Part shown: positions 1 to 12,400 of the stretch, one piece after another
Layout of the letters: each line of letters starts with the position of its first letter
Numbering within the stretch: the first letter of the stretch is position 1
Assembly (NCBI RefSeq): GCF_964204645.1
Contig: NC_134030.1
Span: 20,296,210 to 20,360,209 of the forward strand
Direction of reading: 5' to 3'
Length of the DNA stretch: 64,000 nucleotides
From: Tubulanus polymorphus
Lineage: Eukaryota > Animalia > Nemertea
Translations under genes and position numbers: made by a program
Notes under the pieces: generated by a model
Database searches by the model: none
What the model was told of the DNA's origin: nothing
The model's input: only the letters and a program-made list of their open reading frames with translations

Positions 1-98
1 GGAGGATGTAAAAACTAAGATCAACGATGTACAGTTGAAAATGAACTTAAGTTTCATCCAACTCTCTTGATGACCACGTTGCTACTAATCACACTTAC

Positions 99-3000
99 CC
101 GGTAGAGAGCGAATTTAGGTAATGGTTTACCGGTAGCTTCGCACACTATCGTTACTCCTTTCTGAGCGATCGCCGGATTCAACAATTTCGGTTTCATCGT
201 TATCTTCGGCGGAGCTACGAAAAAAAGAGGAGTTCACCGTGAAATAGAGAAGTCGGACCGACGGGAACTGGGTGACCCGCGCGTCGGTTCCTATAGCGAA
301 TATATAGACAACGGCTGCGATCACACGAGCGTTTGGAGCGAACAACTGTTCACACGGGTGCCCGAATGTGCCCGTGTCCGTTTGGCCCGAGCAAAAACTT
401 CGGCCCAGGAAAGAGCCAAATTTTAGCACGGGACAAATGCTTGTGTTTGAACTGCAACTGATTCCGGGAATCACCCACTTCGCTTTGTTTAAGCATTGTT
501 GATATCGAGTGAGTGGTTTGCGCGTGAACGCGCTCACTATATAGGCACGGGCCAAATTTGGACAGACCAAAAACGTCGGACCAGGCCCGAGCCAAATTTT
601 AGCACCATACAAACGATTGCCTTTGAATTGCAACTAGCACCGGAAAGGATCCACTTCGCTTTGTTTGAGCATTGTTCAGTATCGAGTCAGTGGTTTGCGT
701 GTGAACGCGCTCTCTAATTCGATACGGGCAAAATCTGAATCATCTGCGTGTGATCGCGGTCAATGACAGCTAGATTTCATACTTACTGTACACTTCGACT
801 GTGATAGCTCGCGGCTGTATGTCTCCTTTCAGTTCGACCTCAGCCGTACACGTATAGATTCCGTTATCGGCTTCGGTCATGTTCTTTATACTCAATCCTT
901 TATTACCGATCTGATATCTGTCACCTGGTTCAAAATAGTATATTCATATGAAAAACATTGACTAGAATTCACGTCAAATAAGATTCTGTCATGAGAACTT
1001 AGGCCTCATAGGCCAGTAGCGCGGGGTGTCAAGGGACCCCAAGGGGGTTACGACAAACCGCCCAAAATCTGAAAAGGTCCGCATTTAGCATTTGGAAAAC
1101 AAATTTTCAGAAACTTTGGCCTCGTCCTACATACTCCCGCAGCAATTGACCTACAGGTACTTAGGAATAACATAAATAAGAGACCTTGATCTGCAAGCAT
1201 TTTGCAATCCGAAAGGGAATGCTTCAGGGTTCATATAGTGTTCATGACCAATCTTATTTAATGACTTACAAGGACTCTTTTTACTCTGAGGGATCATTCA
1301 TTTATTACGTTCGCATTAGGGGAGGGGGAGGGGTCAGTGCGATTGCATACGGTAATGCTTAATGTATATAAAAGAATGGCCGATTTTGCGTACAGAGGGG
1401 GAGGGTAGGTTAAAAAATTCAAATTTTATGCGTACGTAATAAATGAATGATCCCCGATTCCAGGAATCATATATATCATATAATCGTCATGCTTAAAGCA
1501 GGAATCATGAAATCTTTGTGCATGTCCAAAAGCTTCAAATTATATTGGTGTGGCAAGACAGACACCGATCGAGGACCGTGATCATGATTAAAGGATTTTA
1601 GAGGCCACGAAATCAGTCATGCTGCAGACCCTGAGGTGCTTCCAATCAGCAAAACCACCGGATGATATCATCGGGACCGAACACGCCATAAGATACCACC
1701 GGCGGATAGACTTACCGATAGTAATTGGTCGTCTGGGACTGTTCTCATTTTTACGGTAGGACCACGTGACCTGCGGAGCCGGCGAACCGCTCACGACGCA
1801 CCTGATCAACCCGTCCTGGTAAATAGCCGGATGTTGTTCCCTCGCGCAATCGTCCCACGTTATTTTCTCTGCAAAGAATATCGGAATCAAATTGTAGGTA
1901 AATGGCGCGTATTTCTATTAAGCATTCAATTCAAAGAGCATGAAGTTCATTATGTGGCATAGTGTGGCTTGGCATAGTGTGGCTTGCATTTTGGTTAAAC
2001 AGAAATTACTAAATATTCATTACAAAATGTTCCCACCAATTTCGACCAACAGGATTTGTAGCAGTCTGACTGATACTGAGTCAGCAAATTTTTGAAGTCG
2101 AGTCAACACTTTTAGCACTCGATAAAGTCAAATGTCAGTACTTTAAAGCATTTTTCAAAAGTCATAAGTCAGCACGTAGTTCCTACATCAATGATTAAGC
2201 TATGAAATAAGCAAAATGCGTTTTTAATCAAATTTGAAATTTGTTTTTCAAAACCAAGAAACCTAAGCCTTGAAATTTGGTTTAAATCTGTATCTGGAAA
2301 GACACAATAGACCTGCCACAGGATTGGTAAGTAGAAAAATCCTAAGACGAGACTCGGAGTCCGAAAAGAGAAGTACCTAAAGGATTTTATTACCAGGATG
2401 CACGGTTTCATGGACTGAGTATCGAAGTTATCCCAAGGGATAAATCCTTAATCCGGGTCCAGTTCCACAGTCCTGAAGATTTGACTCCGAGTTAACTCAT
2501 TGAAAATGAACTAAATCTAACTCAGAGTTAACTCTAACTCACAATTGTGGAACTGAGTCCTGGGGCCGGATCCATAGTCATGACTTAGACTTACGACTGG
2601 TCTAAGACTCTTTTAGTTATATAGCTAATCTAACAGCTTATGACCAGTCTTAAGATTTAAGACCACTTTTGGACTTAAGTCTCGACTATGGAACCGGCCC
2701 CTGGGTAACAACCACCATAGTAACAATGAGGAACCACCGTTAAAACTGAAACATTTAGAAATGTTCCCAGGGACTATATTTCTTCCATTTCTATGAATCC
2801 GAGCCCTGGAAAGCCAACTCTAATCACAGCCTAACCTAGATTTTTTCCGTAAACGCTTTTCAGAATTTGTAGTTGAGTTGCGTAACCCTCCGATGAGTTC
2901 AACACGTTCGATAAATATTTCGAATCAACTCCTATCGTACGTAAATATTCTTTCTTTATCATATTAGTTTTTCGCAGCAGTTACAATTGATTTTAATCAT

Positions 3001-6000
3001 TTGAACAACATGATATCTAGAAAAAAAAAAAAACTCGGTACGACTAAACCGGGGTGCCTCGGCGACCGGCGGGCTGGCCTCGAGCCTAAAAAGTATTTCG
3101 AGACAACTAATCGAATTTCACAGCGACACCAGCGGGTAGACGAGCGTTTAATATAATATAAATAACAGGAAATGAAATCGAAAAATAAATTTATTTCCTG
3201 CTGTCAATAAAAGGGTGTTGGCAATATAAATACCCGTATCTCCGCAAACAGTCTGTCAATTTCATCGATCGCGACCAATCAACGACGGGTGTTGAATTTC
3301 GTTCAATCGACATCGCGGATCGTAAAAAAGTGAAATCAACGTCAGTCACTCGTTTGATATCGACATATCGTTCGGAATTATCGAATCTGTAGAGAGTGTG
3401 TTCGAATACCGTACAGGCTCAAACCATTCAGCGCGTCTACACCGCAGTGCGATGCATGTTCGAATACCGTACAGGCTCAAACCTTTCAGCGCGTCTACAC
3501 CGCAGTGCGATGCATGTTCGAATACCGTACAGGCTCAAACCTTTCAGCGCGTCTACACCGCAGTGCGAAGCATGTTCGAATACCGTACAGGCTCAAACCA
3601 TTCAGCGCGTCTACACCGCAGTGCGATGCATGTTCGAATACCGTACAGGCTCAAACCTTTCAGCGCGTCTACACCGCAGTGCGAAGCATGTTCGAATACC
3701 GTACAGGCTCAAACCTTTCAGCGCGTCTACACCGCAGTGCGATGCATGTTCGAATACCGTACAGGCTCAAACCATTCAGCGCGTCTAAACCGCAGTGCGA
3801 TGCATGTTCGAATACCGTACAGGCTCAAACCTTTCAGCGCGTCTACACCGCAGTGCGAAGCATGTTCGAATACCGTACAGGCTCAAACCTTTCAGCGCGT
3901 CTACACCGCAGTGCGATGCATGTTCGAATACCGTACAGGCTCAAACCTTCAATTCAAGGGAAAGGGTTCAATTCAAAATTCAAGCCACATTTCAATTTCT
4001 GCCACATCACACGAAATCCACAATCATCGAATTAAAAATCCAAAAAATTCAAAAGCCCAAAAATCCACGTTGAAATCACAATTTCAAATTCAACATTTTG
4101 CCTCAATATGATTATAAAAGTCTTTAAACTCGAACTTCATAATACTCACCATCACTGAAACATATTGAACATTTATTCAACAATTCGTTAATCTATTCAA
4201 TTTGATTTCGAGTAATTAACTACAGTATACATAAAACGATTACTAAAAGCAAGAAAAAGTGCAGGGAATTTAGATTAAACATAATATATGCTGTAACACC
4301 TATTAGTAACATACTTACCAGTATAGGCAATGCATCTGAAATATCAAAACAATCCCAACCCTTCAGCTCCCCCTGTTCAAACCAACCGGGCTCCAAACTT
4401 ACCCTAACTTTATTCAAGTAAACCGCTTTGGTTTGCTAATTACAGATTCGCAGAAAAACGACGATTTTGCAAGGCATACCACAGATATTATTGGCATGGC
4501 AAAACACTTTTCCGACCACTTTCAATGTGAATAATGGAAAGTTAGTTGAAACCAGTAAAACATTAATAGTTAACATTTGAAACATTTGTTAACATTTTTA
4601 GAATTAATATGGACAATATATAATTTAATTATAAATATATAAATATTAATATATTAATATGAATAATTCACTAGGGCTATGCGGTGATAATGTCTGCGTC
4701 ATATAATGGGGGCAAATGACAATGGGTACATGCCAATTGAGGATCCACCAGGTGGCGCTAGAATGGTGTACTGAAGGGCAAATGACAGCTACTGCGGCAA
4801 TCGAGTTCCACCTTAAGTTTCCAGTATATCATGGAAAGTCAACTGACTGCTTGGGCAATTGAGGCTCCACTAGGTGGCACTTCTATGATGCCACAATTGG
4901 GTATCGGACTCGTCCGACAATCAACGATCCAATAGGTGGCGCTAGTATAAGTTGCGGATGTGGATTACAGCATTCCAACAACTCAGTGTCGCTAGTCACT
5001 GGTCAGTTAATGTAATAAGTGAGTAAATTATCATTATACGTAATTTCACAAATCAGGGTGACCTCGATTCATGATTGGCAGGTTTAATCTCCGGGAACTG
5101 GACGATGAATATCCACTAATCTAACGTCCATCAATCAAGTGGAGCATTGAGATTATTCAGAGAGGATTAAGGATCGGTTAGGTGATTGTAATCTTACTGA
5201 ACAATATATAATTCAAAGGAGTTGGACTTCGAAAGGATGTTATGATCAGATAAAAATGAAATACAGTAAACCATGCACGAAGTCAGTTAAATGCTGAAGT
5301 GAAGGGGAAATGTCTCTTTAACTCGCTTGGTTCTGATAAGTCGTACATCTACACCGCAGTGCAGCATAGACACTCAGCATTGATTGCCTTTCTTTATACA
5401 TCGCACTGCGATGTATCCATATAGATATTAGTTAGTTATAATCTCTATTGAAAGATGGCAGCACCTGTCAAACATTGCGGAATATGAATAACTAACGATA
5501 CACCGCACCGCACTGCGGGTAAACACAATATAACGGTATGCCCATTATACACTGCACCGTTGTGCAATTTTCCAAAATTGTCAATTCATCTCAAACACTT
5601 TTAGGGTAAGAAGCCAGATCAGTCAGAACTGACGAAATTCAATTCAGGTGGACCGCAATTAACATTTGGATTAAAAATCTATCAGGTAGACAGGAGTTCA
5701 GTTAAATTTTTCCATATTTGAGTAGAACACAAACCCACTAAAATCGGAATTGCATCTACCGATCAATTCTGTAAATTCGACCGCCGATCACACTTAATCT
5801 GTATTTCAATTTCCGATTTCAAAACCAAACCCCGTTTCGCTACCGGCAGGCAGGTACGGCGGTTTGTAAGGGACTCCGAATCAAACAAATCATCAGCCTT
5901 TTTTAAAACCTTTTTGTCCGGGTACAAGAAGTCGTTCCATTTCGAAAACTCGCGCATGGTTTACTGTTATCGATTACGAATATGAATGTATTATACTGAA

Positions 6001-6386
6001 TTGTATAAATATATGTAAATATGTATAAATTAGTCCACGCGGGTTAAGTACGTAGTAGAGGTAGTCGAATTATGAATATGTTTCGGGGGGGGGGGGGACT
6101 TACTGTAAATGATCATGAGAGCCGACTCGGGCCGCACGTTCCGAAACGTTTTAGACCGGCACATGTACGTGCCGTAGTCCATTTCGGACACGGGATAAAA
6201 TATCAATTTCAAAACGGTTTTATCGCCGGCGTTAGTCTCTAAATACCTGTCGAAAACGAAAGTGAAATAAAAAAAACGCGGGGAAAGGAAAAAAAAACGT
6301 GTGCACAAAATAGGGGGGAAACAGCGCGATACGCATGCATACAGTATCAATAGGGGGAGGGGGAAAATAAACACATGCAAGAAGAT

Positions 6387-6448
<62 letters not shown>

Positions 6449-9400
6449 AAATGATGATTTAAGCTAAACGAATTTGATGACGATACTTGAACCAGTACAC
6501 ATCATTACTGAGGAAAGCAAAAATTACTGTAATTTAGATCAGGCTTTAAGCAGCTTTCCAATACAAATACGCCAAAACATGGTCGATGGGTAGGTTTTGG
6601 TTTGATGAAATGACGCAGACCCACGCCGCAGTTTGCGGAACTGGATCCGGAGTTGAACTAAACCCATACAACTGCGGAACTGGATCCGGAGTCGAATTAA
6701 ACCCGCATTGATGGCTAAAATGACATCGACTTAAATCAGGTCCACGCTAAAACTGCAGTTCACGGAACTGGATCCAGAGCGAAATTAAAACCTACACGAC
6801 TGTGGCGCGGCCGGGTTCGGTCAAATTAAACCCGCACACAAATGAAGAACTGGGTTAAGTCGAAGTCAGATTGGACCCATAACAGAATTCAGCTTCCGGC
6901 AATGGGATACTGATTTTTTTGACACTATGTAAGTTACGCAATCAGAATTTCTAACAGAAGAAAAATATACATTGCTGAAAATTGTTCGATGATTTATCAT
7001 TCTCACTATCTAATCAGTGGCGCATACTTGTGCTTCTTAATGATTACCACTTCATAGATAGTTGCACATTCCATAATAAAAACTCGCAAAAATTGCTACG
7101 ATCAATTTGCACTATAGGAATGACGATACGACTGAAGCTGCTCGAAGCCTGACAACCACATGAAAATACACTGCATTTAGCCGGTGTTTAGAGATTTCTT
7201 TTTCCATTAAGCGAAGGCTGAAATCCTGGGGGAGGGTACCCCGATATTTAAACAAATTTGTGAAGAACGTAGTTTCGCGTTATAGGAAACGATTATCAAT
7301 TTTAACCCCCTACACCATACGATGCGTATGTGCTTCAGGAAGTATAAGCCCGTTCGCATAAAATTTGTTCGGTAATTTTCAAAGAGCAAAACTAATATCT
7401 GAACTTTAAACCGTTCCGCTAGCCTGAAAATTGACTCAGACACTAAATTCACTACCCTGGAAAAAAAATTCTCAAACTCCAACCACTCACATTACGTAGT
7501 AGCGACTAAACATTGGACAGAAAAAATTTTTCTCATGCGACTAAAAATGAATCTGATTTGAGACCTATAATGATAAAAACAAAGCGACATGCAACCAGTG
7601 AATACAGACATACAGTTAACCTCGCTTAGCAGCAGCTTAGACTATACCGGAACATGTGGGCCTATCTTACTTTAGAAATCTTATAAGTAGCCTTTACGAC
7701 TCGAACTAATTTTAATTTGGATCCTCCTCACTTGCTGCATGGCTTGATTGCCGCAGTAGTTGATGTCCTACTGCACACTAGCGACACCTGGTGGATCCTC
7801 ACTTGCCATAAGCGGAATCTTCTATTGCTGCAGTTAGTTGATGTCCTGCTGCACAGTAGCGACAACTGGTGGATCTTCACTAGCCACGAGTAGAATCCTC
7901 TATTGCCACAGTTAGTTGATGTCCTACTGCATAGTAGCGACACCTAGTGGATCCTCCCTTACCACAAGCGGAATGCTCTATTGCCGCAGTAGTCGATTTC
8001 TTACTGCACACTAGCGACACCTAGTGGATCCTCACTTGCCATAAGCGGAATCCTCTATTGCTGCAGTTAGTTGATGTCCTACTACACAGTAGCGACACCT
8101 AGTGGATCCTCCCTTACCACAAGCAGAATGCTCTATAGCCGCAGTAGTTGATGTCTGACTGCACACTAGCGACACCTGGCAAATCTTCCCTTGCAGCAAG
8201 TGGTATGTATAAGCAATTTCTAAGTACGTAGTATGGCCAATAACACAGTATACAATTCTAATAGGCGATCTTGAACATTAATAGATATTCTAAGCGAGGT
8301 TTACTGTAGCCTCCGAACAGAACATGCAATAAATGGATATATATATATATACATATATTATACATATGCTCTCCTAAAACCGTGTGCCCGTGAACCTGTG
8401 TCGCGCGTGTCTAGACAGGTCAGCGCAGCGCGGAGCGACTTACTGTAGATGAATAACTCTTGTTGCACCTCGGTCGTGACGCCGCCGCCGCGTAACGATC
8501 GACACTTGTACGTGCCGCCGTCGTCCATCGTGACCGGATAGAATATCAGTTTCAATACGGTCAGCTCTCCGGCGTTCTGCTTAAGCGTCCTGTATGAGCG
8601 GCAGCGTTGAGGAGAAATTAACATCGACACTTGAATTCATACGAACCCGAGTTTGAACCGTCGGTATATTCATTGGAATCGAAAAGGCGGCAAAATACGG
8701 GATAATATTCGAGCAATGGGAGGGTGGTTCAATCCATTCTCGGTTATATGCGTCGGGCAAACAATAGTTAGTTTTTTCATAAAACTATCAAAATCTTGAA
8801 CTGAACAATTTTGCTAGCAGACTCCTCCTCCGCGACTCAAATCCAAGCGGAATTATTACTTTGAATTCGTAGTTCTAAGAATGAAAGCAATGAACTATCC
8901 ATGGGGCTCGTTAGAACTCAGTTAGAATTCCAACATTGACCATATGTTAACCCTTTCAGTGCATCTACACGGCAGTGCCGTGTATAAATCAGTAATGGCC
9001 TTTGTCCGCGGCATATCCATGCAATTGCCAATTAGTAATCATCTCTATGGAAAGATGGCAGCAGCTGTCAAACTTTCTGAGATATTACTGTCAATCACAA
9101 CATTCTGAAATATTGGTAACTAATGATACACCGTATTACAGTGTAGGCACGCTATAACAATACACTGCACTGCAGGACTGAGACACAATATAGTTGAATT
9201 ATACACTACTGCAATCACTGATTTATACACCGCACTATAGTTTAGATGCATTAAAGGGTTGAATATGAATGTGTTTAACTAAATTTAACTATCATTGGTC
9301 GGTGGATTAGAGCTAGGAGCAGTCTGCTGTAAGGAGCAACCATCAACCCTTAATCTGCCATGATACGACCAGAACACGGTTGAGACCGCGAACAAAGTTG

Positions 9401-12400
9401 AGACCGCGAACAAAGTGTAAGCGTTTGTCATTCAGGAACATCTTATGGGTCTAATGGGTTAAGGAAAAGAAAGTTCCCCGACTTTTCCGAGATTTCCAAC
9501 TAAGCGGCCACCGCGGTCAATTCATTCGAATTAGTAATGAAACGAATGTAAGCGAAAAAATCTACGTACCGTCTGTCGGTGCTGGTGATCTGTTGGGAGT
9601 CGGGATCGAACCAGGCGAGTTGAGGATCGGTGCCCGAGTCGACGTTCAACGCTTTGCAAGTGAACGCGAACGCCTCGTTCACCGGTCGCACGACGTTACC
9701 AGACGGCAAAATCTGCAGCTTTAAACTATCTGAAATAGAAACAATAATAATCATCGAATAATTCAGTTAAACGGACGTTTAGGATTTCGTTGAAATCAGC
9801 GCACGGGTCGTGTGGCCGAGACCAGGTGAGTGAACACCTTCAGTAAGTTAAACCCTTTCAGTGCTGACTAATCGATACCCTATAGTGCTGGAGATAATTT
9901 GAAAATTCTGAAAAAATCCGCCCTAGTGTGTTGAATAACGGGAATACCGCTATAGTGCGTCTACACCGCTATACCGCTATAGACGTCACTAGGGTCTTCA
10001 TTCCAAACAATGATGAAAGGCGAAATCTTTTCTAAATTCTAGTGAAATCACGAACTTCATGCAATAATTGAAAATCCTAGGAAAATGGAAACCAGAAAAA
10101 ATCGAAACCTTTAACCCTTTCAGTGCTGGCTAATTAATACCCTATAGTGCTGAAGATAATTTGAAAATTCTGAAAAATTCCACCCTTGTGTGTTGAATAA
10201 CGGGAATACCACTATAGTGCGTCTACACCGCGGCGCGATGTATCGTTAGTTACTAATACTTCACTATGTTTGACAGGTGCTGCCATCTTTCAATAGAGAT
10301 AATTAGTAATTACTAATTAAATCAATACACCGCAGTGCGCTGTACTTGCAAAATCCATCACTGATTCGTACACCGCACTGCGGTGTAGATGCACTGAAAG
10401 GGTTAACGGTTTTCAAGATATAAGATATTGGTCTGATCCGTGCCCGAGGAGAGCAACGCTTTCTCACGATCGAGACACATTGTTCGTACTTCTCTCGCTG
10501 TTTTTAGATTCCATCATTAAACTACGTCTGCTAATTATGACTCCGGGTACGAACACGTGGCGTTCCCCGGCACTCCCGACGTTTTCATATATCTTACTCT
10601 TTTTTCCTAACGCGTCCCTCCGGGATGCGGTTACCTTGGAAACTCGGGTGACACGTGATGTATCGCGCTGCAGGTATCCGTGCGCCGAAAAAATGAATTT
10701 TATCGCGTTTTCTTTAAAGCAATAAACAAACCGTGAGTGTTGCGTGCCTGGTGTCGCGCCGAAGATTTACTACATCGCTATACGGATGAAATTGTAACGG
10801 GACAATTTTTCTCATTCGTCAGACTTCTATTAACCCTTTCAGTGCATCTACACTGCAATTCGGTGTATAAATCAGTGATATATTTTGCTAGTACACCGCA
10901 ATGCTGTGTATTGATGTAATTATCTCTCTTGAAAGATGGCAGCACCTGTCAAACATAGTTAAATACTAGTAACTAACGATACACCGCGCGGTGTAGACGC
11001 ACTATAGTGGTATTCTCGATATTCAACAAACTAGGATGGAATTTCTAAAAATTTTCAAATTATCTCCAGCACTATATGGTATTAATTAGTCAGCACTGAA
11101 AGGGTTAAATGCAATAATTCATAAACTGTTCAAAACAATATTCATTCACAAAGAACCTCAGTATACGACAGTCACGGCGACAAAATAATAACAAGCCGTA
11201 GGCGACAACGGTTCTCGGGCTCAGACCCTAACTACGAAATTACCATGCGTTCGTTCCCGTTGCATTTTGGATACGATGTATCTACCTAAATTTCGGCAAA
11301 ACAACTTTTTGAATTTTTTCCCCGGGCTAGAATTAAACGAGATATCTGATTGGCTGATGTTGACATCATGCGCACGTGGCTGCGCACTCGGTCTAGCGTG
11401 GCAGGGTTTCGTACCGTGACAGTTCTGGCAAGGATGGAGTCCACATTGTGATGAAACATAAACTCATGTTCTAAAGGCTATGTACTTGTCTCTTTCTAGC
11501 TGAATTCTATATTATATTATATCGTTAATCCTGTTTTAGGAACTACCGTCGTCGGGCCCGGGATTCGAAGCCCTACCAGACCTGAATGACCGTAGGCATA
11601 CTTGAAATAAATCGCGCCACTTAAAGAGTGAAACCGATAATCAAGCGTTAATTCATGTCGTGCTAACGAGTGCGATTAGCGAATTGTTATCACATCATTA
11701 ACGGATTCTTAACACCTTTGACCGGTGCCACATCTGCCCGCAACACGAGATTCAAACCTGAATGACAGCCGTGCGTATCCAGAGACAAGACGCGCAGAGT
11801 GTTTTAGCAAATGTTCGTAACGCAAGTTGATAAGAAAAGGATATCCTGGCAGCGTCCTTCGACCACTTAAAAGAAGTATTTCTGGCAAAATAGCGCCAGT
11901 GATTTAAGCCTCTAGTCAAGAACACGCTGGAAGGAAATAAATCGAAAACATCTTCTATTGATGAAATATCTTCCATCCAGTCTCGATAGTTTCATTTCAA
12001 TTTTTCAGTATTTTTAGTATGCTAACAAAACATCTAGTTAGGTACGCAATCAGGATATCGAGATGCAGATCTTCGGGTGGTTATCTGTAGTTTTTCTAAA
12101 CATGTTGTAATCGGTGTTTGGTCACCAGGGGCCAGTTGCATAGTCATGGCTTAGACTTAAGACCAGTCTAAGACCAACTTCGTTCTATAGCCAATCTAAC
12201 GACTTAAGACCAGTCTTAAGATTTAAGACCAATTATGGACTTGAGTCTCGACTGTGCAACTGGCCCCTGGTTTCTATCTGCGACAGTGAGCGAGTATCAC
12301 ATCATCTACATTATCAATAACAGCAGCAAGACAATCATTAACTACTATATGTTCGGAATTGTTTTGCACTCCGATATCTATCGGATAGCAGCGGCTATTT

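Noticed and set aside
127-633. 168-aa minus-strand ORF
   Set aside because: It is mostly a dispersed repeat; the real exon (99-214) is in a different frame
3396-4111. Long repetitive ORFs, and likewise the ORFs at 14754-15534, 17392-17637, 18231-19003 and 19570-19989
   Set aside because: They are translations of tandem repeats, open in several frames, with no gene structure
7719-8190. CRISPR-like look of regularly spaced repeats (also 23740-24290 and 51705-52500)
   Set aside because: There are no unique spacers, the DNA is eukaryotic, and no cas genes are present
11447-11503. C/D-box-like GTGATGA...CTGA
   Set aside because: It is antisense to the host intron, with no terminal stem or recognisable guide
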